A DNA stretch of 64,000 bases from the human T2T-CHM13v2.0 reference genome, Homo sapiens. The stretch lies in assembly GCF_009914755.1 (NCBI RefSeq), contig NC_060948.1, one strand, 5' to 3'. The notes under the pieces are model-generated. The model saw nothing but the letters and a program-made list of their open reading frames with translations. It was not told the DNA's origin and ran no database searches. The translations under genes and the position numbers were made by a program. This document shows, piece after piece, positions 1-21,890 of the stretch (positions within the stretch are counted from its first letter, which is position 1; every line of letters starts with the position of its first letter).

Positions 1-126
1 AGCTAATTTTTTGGATTTTTAGTAGTGACAGCGTTTCACTGTATTGGCCAGGATGGTCTTGATCTCTTCACCTTGTGATCCCCTTGCCTTGGCCTCCAAA
101 TTTGCTGGGATTACAGGCCTGAGCCA
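1..126 (-). mobile_element. Alu, left-arm part, truncated by the window edge
   Basis: gctaattttttggatttttagtagtgaca...ccaggatggtcttgatctc...gctgggattacaggcctgagcca is antisense Alu linker plus left arm. Confidence 0.93.
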
Positions 127-697
127 AGATCCATATTTTTTAAATGAAAAAAAATTTCAAAGGTACTCTGCTTGGTACAATAATCAAATGTATAAACTGA
201 GGAATAAAACATAACCATGAAACCTACTTATAACTGCATATGGAAAATACAGAGGATAATTTTTTAAATAACATATTTTGAAAGCCTTAAGTAGTAATTT
301 GAAGAGTTGGCATTAGAAAGGCCAGTATGAATATACCTTCAAAGCAGCAACACAGGTTCCCCATGAGAAAAAGCAAACTCAGGGAAAATAAAACCACAAA
401 GGTTCAATCTCTTCTGACCTTTGAAAGACACAGCACAGACAGTGGTCCTTAGGACGAAGAGCAGGAGACCCCTAATTCCGTCACCATGGCGATAGGGCAT
501 AAACATTGCTGGGTGAGGGCACAATCCACATTGTGAGGTCCAACTGCTGCCAGGAAGACAGGAGTGCTTTTACATATACCGAAACGTCATTGAAGGCTCA
601 GAGTTTTATTTCAAGAACTGAATCCCAAGCCCACACGTTATTAGGCTGCGCTTCTTAAAACAAGTTATGAGATGGGAAAAAGGGCACCCACAAACAT
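127..697. repeat. HSATI-like moderately GC segment of the unit (representative copy; follows every Alu copy)
   Basis: A complex ~570 bp segment between the Alu 5' end and the AT-rich tract, near-identical in all units. The name comes from known DYZ2 architecture; boundaries are approximate. Confidence 0.75.
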
Positions 698-2546
<1,849 letters not shown>

Positions 2547-4674
2547 AGATCCATATTTTTTAAATGAAAAAAAATTTCAAAGGTACTCTGCTTGGTACAA
2601 TAATCAAATGTATAAACTGAGGAATAAAACATAACCATGAAACCTACTTATAACTGCATACGAAAAATGCAGAGGATAATTTTTTAAATAACATATTTTG
2701 AAAGCCTTAACTAGTAATTTGAAGAGTTGGCATTTGAAAGGCCAGGATGAATATACCTTCAAAGCAGCAACACAGGTTCCCCATGAGAAAAAGCAAACTC
2801 AGGGAAAATAAAACCACAAAGGTTCAATCTCTTCTGACCTTTGAAAGACACAGCACAGACAGTGGTCCTTAGGACGAAGAGCAGGAGAACCCTAATTCCG
2901 TCACCATGGCGATAGGGCATAAACATTGCTGGGTGAGGGCACAATCCACATTGTGTGGTCCAACTGCTGCCAGGAAGACAGGAGTGCTTTTACATAGACC
3001 GAAAGGACATTGAAGGCTCAGAGTTTTGTTTCAAGAACTGAATCCCAAGCCCACACGTTATTAGGCTGCGCTTCTTAAAACAAGTTATCAGATGGGAAAA
3101 AGGGCACCCACAAACATACGTATACATTATGTATATAATAATATACAGTATCATATATATAATATATATAACCTATGTATAATATTGTTTTACATCCTGC
3201 ATCTTATCTTATATATATTGTATAAAATATAATAATTGATAATATATAAGTTCTATATTTATACAATATGACATATAGTATATATTATAATTTATGTCAT
3301 ATATAATATATGATATATATCATATATAGAATATATTATACGGTTAATATACGTATTAAATATAAATTATACATTATATATATTATATATAATATATCTC
3401 TTATATATAATACCCATTATGCATAATATATATATTATGTCTATGTTATATATAGTATAAAACAACACATAATAATATATAATTGTATGTATAAAATGCG
3501 ACATATAATAGATAATATATTTTATGACATATGTAATATATATTATATATTATATATAATACGTTGTATGTATAATACCTATATTAAATATATATTATAT
3601 GACTATGTTATTAATTACATGTCACATATGTTATATATTATATATTTTACATAGAATATACCGGTTACATACAATATATACTATGTTACCTATAATGTAC
3701 AATTTATTACATGTAAAATAAAGAATGCAATATATTATGTATAATTTATAATATACAATATGTGGAATGTGATATATATAACAAATAATATATGATATAT
3801 GATATACAGTATATGATATATAACATACAATATATGATACCTAATATATATGGTCTACAATATATATTTTATGATATGTATTCTATATGTTTTATATTCT
3901 GTTATATATAACTATTTGAAATTATATATAACTGTATAATATTTTATGTAAATATGTAATATAATATATATAACTATATAATATATTATATATAACTATA
4001 TATTATGTTATATATACTTTTATAACATAATTTACTTAAAATATCATAATATAATATATATTATATTATTTCATATTACATAATATATATTACATATCAC
4101 CCAATATAAGTAACATACATAAGATTATAATATAGATTATATTATGTTATATTAAATATCATATATATTATGTATCATATATTCTATAATATATATTATA
4201 CATTATATAATATGTATGTTGTCTATTATGTGATATATATGACTAAATATATAATTATATTATTATACATATAACTAGATAAACATGTAATTCTACATAT
4301 TTTCATTTATAATATATAGAATTATATAATCATATATAATTATTTATATTCTATAAAAAATTATATCATTATATAAATTATAATATATAAAAATTATAAT
4401 ATGTACTACAAATATATATATTATATATCATATATGATATAGTACCTTTGTTATATATCATATTACATATAAATGTGTATTATGTCATCTATAATTATAT
4501 AATTTCATACATAAGATGTATAATATGTATTATATATTTTATATGTTATGTAATATATATTGTATATATAAGATGACACAGGATAAATATTATATACTAT
4601 GACATATAAAATATATGAGGTTATATGTTACATATAAGGCATAGCACATAACATGTAATATATATCATATATAA

Positions 4675-4966
<292 letters not shown>

Positions 4967-7070
4967 AGATCCATATTTTTTAAATGAAAAAAAATTTCAA
5001 AGGTACTCTGCTTGGTACAATAATCAAATGTATAAACTGAGGAATAAAACATAACCATGAAACCTACTTATAACTGCATATGGAAAATACAGAGGATAAT
5101 TTTTTAAATACCATATTTTGAAAGCCTTAACTAGTAATTTGAAGAGTTGGCATTTGAAAGGCCAGTATGAATATACCTTCAAAGCAGCAACACAAGTTCC
5201 CCATGAGAAAAAGCAAACTCAGGGAAAATAAAACCACAAAGGTTCAATCTCTTCTGACCTTTGAAAGACACAGCACAGACAGTGGTCCTTAGGACGAAGA
5301 GCAGGAGACCCCTAATTCCGTCACCATGGCGATAGGGCATAAACATTGCTGGGTGAGGGCACAATCCACATTGTGAGGTCCAACTGCTGCCAGGAAGACA
5401 GGAGTGCTTTTACATAGACCGAAAGGTCATTGAAGGCTCAGAGTTTTGTTTCAAGAACTGAATCCCAAGCCCACACGTTATTAGGCTGCGCTTCTTAAAA
5501 CAAGTTATGAGATGGGAAAAAGGGCACCCACAAACATACGTATACATTATGTATATAATAATATACAGTATCATATGTATAATATATATAACCTATGTAT
5601 AATATTGTTTTACATCCTGCATGTTATATTATATATATTGTATAAAATATAATAATTGATAATATATAAGTTTTATATTTATACAATATGACATATAGTA
5701 TATATTATAATTTATGACATATATAATATATGTTATATATCATATATAGAATATATTATACGGTTAATATACGTATTAAATATAAATTATACATTATATA
5801 TATTATATATAATATATCTGTTATATATAATACCCATTATGCATAATATATATATTATGTCTATGTTATATATAGTATAAAACAACACATAATAATATAT
5901 AATTGTATATATAAAATGCGACATATAATATATATTATATTTTATGACATATGTAATATATATTATATATTATATATAATACTTTGTATGTATAATACCT
6001 ATATTAAATATATATTATATTACTATGTTATTAATTACATGTCACATATGTTATATATTATATATTTTACATAGAATATACCGGTTACATACAATATATA
6101 CTATGTTACCTATAATGTATAATTTATTACATGTAAAATAATGAATGCAATATATTATGTATAATTTAAAATATACAATATGTGGAATGTGATATATATA
6201 ACATATAATATATGATAGAGGATATACAGTATATGATATATAACATACAATATATGATATCTAATATATATGGTATACAATATATATTTTATGATATGTA
6301 TTCTATATGTTTTATATTCTGTTATATATAACTATTTGAAATTATGTATAACTGTATAATATTTTATGTAAATATGTAATATAATATATATAACTATATA
6401 ATATATTATATATAACTATATATTATGTTATATATACTTTTATAACATAATTTACTTAAAATATCATAATATAATATATACTATATTATTTCATATTACA
6501 TAATATATATTACATATCACCCAATATAAGTAACATACATAAGATTATAATATAGATTATATTATGTTACATTAAATATCATATATATCATGTATCATAT
6601 ATTCTATAATATATATATACATTATATAATATGTATGTTGTCTATTATGTGATATATATAACTATAAATATAATTATATTATTATACATATAACTAGATA
6701 AACATGTAATTCTACATATTTTCATTTATAATATATAGAATTATATAATCATATATAATTATTTATATTCTATAAAAAATTATATCATTATATAAATTAT
6801 AATATATAAAAATTATAATATGTACTACAAACAGATATATTATATATCATATATGATATAGTACCTTTGTTATATATCATATTACATATAAATGTGTATT
6901 ATGTCATCTATAATTATATAATTTCATATATAAGTTGTATAATATGTATTATATATTTTATATGTTATGTAATATATATTGTATATGTAAGATAACACAG
7001 GATAAATATTATATACTATGACATATAAAATATATGAGGTTATATGTTACATATAAGGCATAGCACATAA

Positions 7071-7385
<315 letters not shown>

Positions 7386-9510
7386 AGATCCATATTTTTT
7401 AAATGAAAAAAAATTTCAAAGGTACTCTGCTTGGTACAATAATCAAATGTATAAACTGAGGAATAAAACATAACCATGAAACCTACTTATAACTGCATAC
7501 GGAAAATACAGAGGATAATTTTTTAAATAACATATTTTGAAAGCCTTAACTAGTAATTTGAAGAGTTGGCATTTGAAAGGCCAGTATGAATATACCTTCA
7601 AAGCAGCAACACAGGTTCCCCATGAGAAAAAGCAAACTCAGGGAAAATAAAACCACAAAGGTTCAATCTCTTCTGACCTTTGAAAGACACAGCACAGACA
7701 GTGGTCCTTAGGACGAAGAGCAGGAGAACCCTAATTCCGTCACCATGGCGATAGGGCATAAGCATTGCTGGGTGAGGGCACAATCCACATTGTGAGGTCC
7801 AACTGCTGCCAGGAAGACAGGAGTGCTATTACATACACCGAAAGGTCATTGAAGGCTCAGAGTTTTGTTTCAAGAACTGAATCCCAAGCCCACACGTTAT
7901 TAGGCTGCGCTTCTTAAAACAAGTTATGAGATGGGAAAAAGGGCACCCACAAACATATGTATACATTATGTATATAATAATATACAGTATCATATATATA
8001 ATATATATAACCTATGTATAATATTGTTTTACATCCTGCATCTTTTATTATATATATTGTATAAAATATAATAATTGATAATATATGTTTCATATTTATA
8101 CAATATGACATATAGATATATTATAATTTATGACATATATAATATATGTTATATATCATATATAGAATATATTATACGGTTAATATACGTATTAAATATA
8201 AATTATATACTATATATATTATATATAATATATCTGTTATATATAATACCCATTATGCATAATATATATATTATGTCTATGTTATATATAGTATAAAACA
8301 ACACATAATAATATACAATTGTATATATAAAATGCGACATATAATATATATTATATTTTATGACATATGTAATATATATTATATATTATATATAATACGT
8401 TGTAGGTATAATTCCTATATTAAATATATATTATAGGACTATGTTATTAATTACATGTCACATATGTTATATATTATATATTTTACATAGAATATACCGG
8501 TTACATACAATATATACTATGTTACCTATAATGTATAATTTATTACATGTAAAATAAAGATTGCAATATACTATGTATAATTTATAGTATACAATATGTG
8601 GATTGTGATATATATAACATATAATATATGATATATGATATACAGTATATGATATATAACATACAATATATGATACCTAATATATATGGTATACAATATA
8701 TATTTTATGATATGTATTCTCTATGTTTTATATTCTGTTATATATAACTATTTGAAATTATATATAACTGTATAATATTTTATGTAAATATGTAATATAA
8801 TATATATAACTATAAAATATATTATATATAACTATATATTATGTTATATATAGTTTTATAACATAATTTACATAAAATATCATAATATAATATATATTAT
8901 ATTATTTCATATTACATAATATATATTACATATCACCCAATATAAGTAACATACATAATATTATAATATAGATTATATTATGTTATATTAAATATCATAT
9001 ATATCATGGATCATATATTCTATAATATATATTACACATTATATAATATGTATGTTGTCTATTATGTGATATATAGAACTATATATATAATTATATTATT
9101 ATACATATAACTACATAAACATGTAATTCTACATATTTTCATTTATAATATATAGAATTATATAATCATATATAATTATTTATATTCTATAAAAAATTAT
9201 ATCATTATATAAATTATAATATATAAAAATTATAATATGTACTACAAACTGATATATTATATATCATATATGATACAGTACCTTTGTTATACATCATATA
9301 ACATATAAATGTGTATTATGTCATCAATAATTATATAATTACATACATAAGATGTATAATATGTATTATATATTATATATGTTATGTAATATATATAGTA
9401 TATATAAGCTGACACAGCATAAATATTATATACTATGACATATAAAATATATGAGGTTATATGTTACATATAAGGCATAGCACATAACATGTAATATATA
9501 TCATCTATAA

Positions 9511-9802
<292 letters not shown>

Positions 9803-11930
9803 AGATCCATATTTTTTAAATGAAAAAAAATTTCAAAGGTACTCTGCTTGGTACAATAATCAAATGTATAAACTGAGGAATAAAACATAACCATGAAACC
9901 TACTTATAACTGCATACGAAAAATGCAGAGGATAATTTTTTAAATAACATATTTTGAAAGCCTTAACTAGTAATTTGAAGAGTTGGCATTTGAAAGGCCA
10001 GGATGAATATACCTTCAAAGCAGCAACACAGGTTCCCCATGAGAAAAAGCAAACTCAGGGAAAATAAAACCACAAAGGTTCAATCTCTTCTGACCTTTGA
10101 AAGACACAGCACAGACAGTGGTCCTTAGGACGAAGAGCAGGAGACCCCTAATTCCGTCACCATGGCGATAGGGCATAAACATTGCTGGGTGAGGGCACAA
10201 TCCACATTGTGAGGTCCAACTGCTGCCAGGAAGACAGGAGTGCTTTTACATAGACCGAAAGGTCATTGAAGGCTCAGAGTTTTGTTTCAAGAACTGAATC
10301 CCAAACCCACACGTTATTAGGCTGCGCTTCTTAAAACAAGTTATGAGATGGGAAAAAGGGCACCCACAAACATACGTATACATTATGTATATAATAATAT
10401 ACAGTATCATATATATAATATATATAACCTATGTATAATATTGTTTTACATCCTGCATCTTATATTATATATATTGTATAAAATATAATAATTGATAATA
10501 TATAAGTTTTATATTTATACAATAAGACATATAGTATATATTATAATTTATGACATATATAATATATGTTATATATCATATATAGAATATATTATACGGT
10601 TAATATACGTATTAAATATAAATTATACATTATATATATTATATATAATATATCTGTTATATATAATACCCATTATGCATAATATATATATTATGTCTAT
10701 GTTATATATAGTATAAAACAACATATAATAATATATAATTGTATATAGAAAACGCGACATATAATATATATTATATTTTATGACATATGTAATATATATT
10801 ATATATTATATAAAATACGTTGTATGTATAATACCTATATTAAATATATATTATATGACTATGTTATTAATTACATGTCACATATGTTATATATTATATA
10901 TTTTACATAGAATATACCGGTTACATACAATATATACTATGTTACCTATAATGTATAATTGATTACATGTAAAATAAAGAATGCAATATATTATGTATAA
11001 TTTATAATATACAATATGTGGAATGTGATATATATAACATATAATATATGATATATGATATACAGTATATGATAATTAACATACAATATATGATACCTAA
11101 TATATATGGTATACAATATATATTTTATGATATGTATTCTCTATGTTTTATATTCTGTTATATATAACTATTTGAAATTATATATAACTGTATAATATTT
11201 TATGTAAATATGTAATATAATATATATAACTATATAATATATTATATATAAGTATATATTATGTTATATATACTTTTATAACATAATTTGCATAAAATAT
11301 CATAATATAATATATATTATATTATTTCACATTACATAATATATATTACATATCACACAATATAAGTAACATACATAATATTATAATATAGATTATATTA
11401 TGTTATATTAAATATCATATATATCATGTATCATAAATCCTATAATATATATTACACATTATATAATATGTATGTTGTCTATTATGTGATATATATAACT
11501 ATATATATAATTATATTATTATACATATAACTAGATAAACATGTAATTCTACATAATTTCATTTATAATATATAGAATTATATAATCATATATAATTATT
11601 TATATTCTATAAAAAATTATATCATTATATAAATTATAATATAAAAAAATTATAATATGTACTACAAATATATATATTATATATCATATATGATATAGTA
11701 CCTTAGTTATATATCATAATACATATAAATGTGTATTATGTTATCTATAATTATATAATTTCATATATAAGTTGTATAATATGTATTATATATTGTCTAT
11801 GTTATGTAATATATATAGTATATATAAGCTGACACAGGATAAATATTATATACTATGACATATAAAATATATGAGGTTATATGTTACATATAAGGCATAG
11901 CACATAACATGTAATATATATCATATATAA

Positions 11931-12222
11931 TTTTTTTTTAGACAGAGTCTTGTCCTGTTGCACAGGGTGGAGTACAATGCCGCCAACTTTGCTCACTGCA
12001 ACATCTGCCTCACGGGTCCAAGCGATTGTCCTCCCTCAGCCTCCCAGGTAGCTGGGACTACACCACACTGGGACTACAGCAGCTGCCACCATGCCTAGCT
12101 AATTTTTTGGATTTTTAGTAGTGACAGCGTTTCACTGTATTGGCCAGGATGGTCTTGATCTCTTCACCTTGTGATCCCCTTGCCTTGGCCTCCAAATTTG
12201 CTGGGATTACAGGCCTGAGCCA
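11931..12222 (-). mobile_element. DYZ2-embedded Alu copy
   Basis: Same antisense Alu. Confidence 0.93.
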
Positions 12223-14323
12223 AGATCCATATTTTTTAAATGAAAAAAAATTTCAAAGGTACTCTGCTTGGTACAATAATCAAATGTATAAACTGAGGAA
12301 TAAAACATAACCATGAAACCTACTTATAACTGCATATGGAAAATACAGAGGATAATTTTTTAAATAACATATTTTGAAAGCCTTAACTAGTAATTTGAAG
12401 AGTTGGCATTAGAAAGGCCAGTATGAATATACCTTCAAAGCAGCAACACAGGTTCCCCATGAGGAAAAGCAAACTCAGGGAAAATAAAACCACAAAGGTT
12501 CAATCTCTTCTGACCTTTGAAAGACACAGCACAGACAGTGGTCCTTAGGACGAAGAGCAGGAGACCCCTAATTCCGTCACCATGGCGATAGGGCATAAAC
12601 ATTGCTGGGTGAGGGCACAATCCACATTGTGAGGTCCAACTGCTGCCAGGAAGACAGGAGTGCTTTTACATATACCGAAACGTCATTGAAGGCTCAGAGT
12701 TTTATTTCAAGAACTGAATCCCAAGCCCACACGTTATTAGGCTGCGCTTCTTAAAACAAGTTATGAGATGGGAAAAAGGGCACCCACAAACATACGTATA
12801 CATTATGTATATAATAATATACAGTATCATATATATAATATATATAACCTATGTATAATATTGTTTTACATCCTGCATCTTCTGTTATATATATTGTATA
12901 AAATATAATAATTGATAATATATAAGTTTTATATATATACAATATGACATATAGTATATATTATAATTTATGACATATATAATATATGTTATGTATCATA
13001 TATAGAATATATTATACGGTTAATATACGTATTAAATATAAATTTTACATTATATATATTATATATAATATATCTGATATATATAATACCCATTATGCAT
13101 AATATATATATTATGTCTATGTTATATATAGTATAAAACAACACATAATAATATATAATTGTATATATAAAATGCGACATATAATATATATTATATTTTA
13201 CGACATATGTAATATATATTATATATTATATATAATACGTTGTAGGTATAATTCCTATATTAAATATATATTATAGGACTATGTTATTAATTACATGTCA
13301 CATATGTTATATATTATATATTTTACATAGAATATACCGGTTACATACAATATATACTATGTTACCTATAATGTATAATTTATTACATGTAAAATAAAGA
13401 ATGCAATATATTATGTATAATTTATAGTATACAATATGTGGAATGTGATATATATAACATATAATATATGATATATGATATACAGTATATGATATATAAC
13501 ATACAATGTATGATACCTAATATATATGGTATACAATATATATTTTATGATATGTATTCTATATGTTTTATATTCTGTTATATATAACTATTTGAAATTA
13601 TATATAACTGTATAATATTTTATGTAAATATGTAATATAATATATAACTATATAATATATTATATATAACTATATATTATGTTATATATACTTTTATAAC
13701 ATAATTTACATAAAATATCATAATATAATATATATTATATTATTTCATATTACATAATATATATTACATATCACCCAATATAAGTAACATACATAATATT
13801 ATAATATAGATTATATTATGTTATATTAAATATCATATATATCATGTATCATATATTCTATAGTATATATGATACATTATATAATATGTATGTTGTCTAT
13901 TATGTGATATATATAACTATATATAATTATATTATTATACATATTACTAGATAAACATGTAATTCTACATATTTTCATTTATAATATATAGAATTATATA
14001 ATCATATATAATTATTTATATTCTATAAAAAATTATATCATTATATAAATTATAATATATAAAAATTATAATATGTACTACAAATATATATATTATATAT
14101 CATATATGATATAGTACCTTTGTTATATATCATAATACATATAAATGTGTATTATGTTATCTATAATTATATAATTTCATATATAAGATGTATAATATGT
14201 ATCATATATTATATATGTTATGTAATATATATAGTATATATAAGATGACACAGGATAAATATTATATACTATGACATATAAAATATATGAGGTTATATGT
14301 TACATATAAGGCATAGCACATAA

Positions 14324-14638
<315 letters not shown>

Positions 14639-16743
14639 AGATCCATATTTTTTAAATGAAAAAAAATTTCAAAGGTACTCTGCTTGGTACAATAATCAAA
14701 TGTATAAACTGAGGAATAAAACATAACCATGAAACCTACTTATAACTGCATGTGGAAAATACAGAGGATAATTTTTTAAATAACATATTTTGAAAGCCTT
14801 AACTAGTAATTTGAAGAGTTGGCATTTGAAAGGCCAGGATGAATATACCTTCAAAGCAGCAACACAGGTTCCCCATGAGGAAAAGCAAACTCAAGGAAAA
14901 TAAAACCACAAAGGTTCAATCTCTTCTGACCTTTGAAAGACACAGCACAGACAGTGGTCCTTAGGACGAAGAGCAGGAGACCCCTAATTCCGTCACCATG
15001 GCGATAGGGCATAAACATTGCTTGGTGAGGGCACAATCCACATTGTGAGGTCCAACTGCTGCCAGGAAGACAGGACTGCTTTTACATAGACCGAAAGGTC
15101 ATTGAAGGCTCAGAGTTTTGTTTCAAGAACTGAATCCCAAGCCCACACGTTATTAGGCTGCGCTTCTTAAAACAGGTTATGAGATGGGAAAAAGGGCACC
15201 CACAAACATACGTATACATTATGTATATAATAATATACAGTATCATATATATAATATATATAACCTATGTATAATATTGTTTTACATCCTGCATCTTATG
15301 TTATATATATTGTATAAAATATAATAATTGATAATATATAAGTATTATATTTATACAATATGGCATATAGTATATATTATAATTTATGACATATATAATA
15401 TATGTTATATATCATATATATAATATATTATATGGTTAATATACGTATTAAATATAAATTTTACATTATATATATTATATAAAATATATCTGATATATAT
15501 AATACCCATTATGCATAATATATATATTATGTCTATGTTATATATAGTATAAAACAACACATAATAATATATAATTCTATATATAAAATGCGACATATAA
15601 TATATATTATATTTTACGACATATGTAATATATATTATATATTATATATAATACGTTGTAGGTATAATTCCTATATTAAATATATATTATAGGACTACGT
15701 TATTAATTACATGTCACATATGTTATATATTATATATTTTACATAGAATATACCGGTTACATACAATATATACTATGTTACCTATAATGTATAATTTATT
15801 ACATGTAAAATAAAGATTGCAATATATTATGTATAATTTATAGTATACAATATGTGGATTGTGATATATATAACATATAATATATGATATATGATATACA
15901 GTATATGATATATAACATGCAATATATGATACCTAATATATATGGTATACAATATATATTTTATGATATGTATTCTATATGTTTTATATTCTGTTATATA
16001 TAACTATTTGAAATTATATATAACTGTATAATATTTTATGTAAATATGTAATATAATATATATAACTATATAATATATTATATATAACTATATATTATGT
16101 TATATATAGTTTTATAACATAATTTACATAAAATATCATAATATAATATATATTATATTATTTCATATTACATAATATATATTACATATCACCCAATATA
16201 AGTAACATACATAATATTATAATATAGATTATATTATGTTATATTAAATATCATATATATCATGTATCATATATTCTATAATATATATTACACATTATAT
16301 AATATGTATGTTGTCTATTATGTGATATATAGAACTATATATATAATTATATTATTATACATATAACTACATAAACATGTAATTCTAAATATTTTCATTT
16401 ATAATATATAGAATTATATAATCATATATAATTATTTATATTCTATAAAAAATTATATCATTATGTAAATTATAATATATAAAAATTATAATATGTACTA
16501 CAAATATATATATTATATATCATATATGATATAGTACCTTTGTTATATATCATAATACATATAAATGTGTATTATGTTATCTATAATTATATAAATTCAT
16601 ATATAAGATGTATAATATGTATCATATATTATATATGATATGTAATATATATAGTATATATAAGCTGACACAGGATAAATATTATATACTATGACATATA
16701 AAATATATGAGGTTATATGTTACATATAAGGCATAGCACATAA

Positions 16744-17058
<315 letters not shown>

Positions 17059-19159
17059 AGATCCATATTTTTTAAATGAAAAAAAATTTCAAAGGTACTC
17101 TGCTTGGTACAATAATCAAATGTATAAACTGAGGAATAAAACATAACCATGAAACCTACTTATAACTGCATATGGAAAATACAGAGGATAATTTTTTAAA
17201 TAACATATTTTGAAAGCCTTAACTAGTAATTTGAAGAGTTGGTATTTGAAAGGCCAGTATGAATATACCTTCAAAGCAGCAACACAGGTTCCCCATGAGG
17301 AAAAGCAAACTCAGGGAAAATAAAACCACAAAGGTTCAATCTCTTCTGACCTTTGAAAGACACAGCACAGACAGTGGTCCTTAGGACGAAGAGCAGGAGA
17401 CCCCTAATTCCGTCACCATGGCGATAGGGCATAAACATTGCTGGGTGAGGGCACAATCCACATTGTGAGGTCCAACTGCTGCCAGGAAGACAGGAGTGCT
17501 TTTACATAGACCGAAAGGTCATTGAAGGCTCAGAGTTTTGTTTCAAGAACTGAATCCCAAGCCCACACGTTATTAGGCTGCGCTTCTTAAAACAGGTTAT
17601 GAGATGGGAAAAAGGGCACCCACAAACATACGTATACATTATGTATATAATAATATACAGTATCATATATATAATATATATAACCCATGTATAATATTGT
17701 TTTACATCCTGCATCTTATATTATATATATTGTATAAAATATAATAATTGATAATATATAAATTTTATATTTATACAATATGACATATAGTATATATTAT
17801 AATTTATTACATATATAATATATGTTATATATCATATATAGAATATATTATACGGTTAATATACGTATTAAATATAAATTATACATTATATATATTATAT
17901 ATAATATATCTGCTATATATAATACCCATTGTGCATAATATATATATTATGTCTATGTTATATATAGTATAAAACAACATATAATAATATATAATTGTAT
18001 ATATAAAACGCGACATATAATATATATTATATTTTATGACATATGTAATATATATTATATATTATATATAATACGTTGTATGTATAATACCTATATTAAA
18101 TATAAATTATATGACTATGTTATTAATTACATGTCACATATGTTATATATTATATATTTTACATAGAATATACCGGTTACATACAATATATACTATGTTA
18201 CCTATAATGTATAATTTATTACATGTAAAATAAAGAATGTAATATATTACGTATAATTTATAATATACAATATGTGGAATGTGATATATATAACATATAA
18301 TATATGATATATGATATACAGTATATGATATATAACATACAATATATGATACCTAATATATATGGTATACAATATATATTTTATGATATGTATTCTATAT
18401 GTTTTATATTCTGATATATATAACTATTTGAAATTATATATAACTGTATAATATTTTATGTAAATATGTAATATAATATATAACTATATAATATATTATA
18501 TATAACTATATATTATGTTATATATACTTTTATAACATAATTTACATAAAATATCATAATATAATATATATTATATTATTTCATATTACATAATATATAT
18601 TACATATCACCCAATATAAGTAACATACATAATATTATAATATAGATTATATTATGTTATATTAAATATCATATATATCATGTATCATATATTCTATAAT
18701 ATATATGATACATTATATAATATGTATGCTGTCTATTATGTGATATATATAACTATATATAATTATATTATTATACATATTACTAGATAAACATGTAATT
18801 CTACATATTTTCATTTATAATATATAGAATTATATAATCATATATAATTATTTATATTCTATAAAAAATTATATCATTATATAAATTATAATATATAAAA
18901 ATTATAATATGTACTACAAATATATATATTATATATCATATATGATATAGTACCTTTGTTATATATCATAATACATATAAATGTGTATTATGTTATCTAT
19001 AATTATATAATTTCATATATAAGATGTATAATATGTATTATATATTATATATGTTATGTAATATATATAGTATATATAAGATGACACAGGATAAATATTA
19101 TATACTATGACATATAAAATATATGAGGTTATATGTTACATATAAGGCATAGCACATAA

Positions 19160-19474
<315 letters not shown>

Positions 19475-21575
19475 AGATCCATATTTTTTAAATGAAAAAA
19501 AATTTCAAAGGTACTCTGCTTGGTACAATAATCAAATGTATAAACTGAGGAATAAAACATAACCATGAAACCTACTTATAACTGCATATGGAAAATACAG
19601 AGGATAATTTTTTAAATAACATATTTTGAAAGCCTTAACTAGTAATTTGAAGAGTTGGCATTTGAAAGGCCAGTATGAATACACCTTCAAAGCAGCAACA
19701 CAGGTTCCCCATGAGAAAAAGCAAACTCAGGGAAAATAAAACCACAAAGGTTCAATCTCTTCTGACCTTTGAAAGACACAGCACAGACAGTGGTCCTTAG
19801 GACGAAGAGCAGGAGACCCCTAATTCCGTCACCATGGCGATAGGGCATAAACATTGCTGGGTGAGGGCACAATCCACATTGTGAGGTCCAACTGCTGCCA
19901 GGAAGACAGGAGTGCTTTTATATAGACCGAAAGGTCATTGAAGGCTCAGAGTTTTGTTTCAAGAACTGAATCCCAAGCCCACACGTTATTAGGCTGCGCT
20001 TCTTAAAACAAGTTATGAGATGGGAAAAAGGGCACCTACAAACATACGTATACATTATGTATATAATAATATACAGTATCATATATATAATATATATAAC
20101 CCATGTATAATATTGTTTTACATCCTGCATCTTATATTATATATATTGTATAAAATATAATAATTGATAATATATAAATTTTATATTTATACAATATGAC
20201 ATATAGTATATATTATAATTTATTACATATATAATATATGTTATATATCATATATAGAATATATTATACGGTTAATATACGTATTAAATATAAATTATAC
20301 ATTATATATATTATATATAATATATCTGCTATATATAATACCCATTGTGCATAATATATATATTATGTCTATGTTATATATAGTATAAAACAACATATAA
20401 TAATATATAATTGTATATATAAAACGCGACATATAATATATATTATATTTTATGACATATGTAATATATATTATATATTATATATAATACGTTGTATGTA
20501 TAATACCTATATTAAATATAAATTATATGACTATGTTATTAATTACATGTCACATATGTTATATATTATATATTTTACATAGAATATACCGGTTACATAC
20601 AATATATACTATGTTACCTATAATGTATAATTTATTACATGTAAAATAAAGAATGCAATATATTATGTATAATTTATAATATACAATATGTGGAATGTGA
20701 TATATATAACATATAATATATGATATATGATATACAGTATATGATATATAACATACAATATATGATACCTAATATATATGGTATACAATATATATTTTAT
20801 GATATGTATTCTATATGTTTTATATTCTGTTATATATAACTATTTGAAATTATATATAACTGTATAATATTTTATGTAAATATGTAATATAATATATAAC
20901 TATATAATATATTATATATAACTATATATTATGTTATATATACTTTTATAACATAATTTACATAAAATATCATAATATAATATATATTATATTATTTCAT
21001 ATTACATAATATATATTACATATCACCCAATATAAGTAACATACATAATATTATAATATAGATTATATTATGTTATATTAAATATCATATATATCATGTA
21101 TCATATATTCTATAATATATATGATACATTATATAATATGTATGTTGTCTATTATGTGATATATATAACTATATATAATTATATTATTATACATATTACT
21201 AGATAAACATGTAATTCTACATATTTTCATTTATAATATATAGAATTATATAATCATATATAATTATTTATATTCTATAAAAAATTATATCATTATATAA
21301 ATTATAATATATAAAAATTATAATATGTACTACAAATATATATATTATATATCATATATGGTATAGTACCTTTGTTATATATCATAATACATATAAATGT
21401 GTATTATGTTATCTATAATTATATAATTTCATATATAAGATGTATAATATGTATTATATATTATATATGTTATGTAATATATATAGTATATATAAGATGA
21501 CACAGGATAAATATTATATACTATGACATATAAAATATATGAGGTTATATGTTACATATAAGGCATAGCACATAA

Positions 21576-21890
<315 letters not shown>

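Noticed and set aside
200-395. AATAAA and TATA-like motifs as polyA signals or promoters
   Set aside because: Expected by chance at this AT content; no transcript context
339-524. 61-aa minus-strand ORF (MCPHPAMF...) open in all 26 units
   Set aside because: TTG start, short, and no recognisable domain. Persistence follows from near-identity of the units, and many differences change amino acids (G>V, S>P, P>L, P>Q, E>V, N>Y, P>R), so there is no sign of purifying selection.
17502-17714. 70-aa ORF MQDVKQ... in seven units
   Set aside because: Opened by one subfamily variant (aaccTatg>aaccCatg removes a stop); useful only as a block marker
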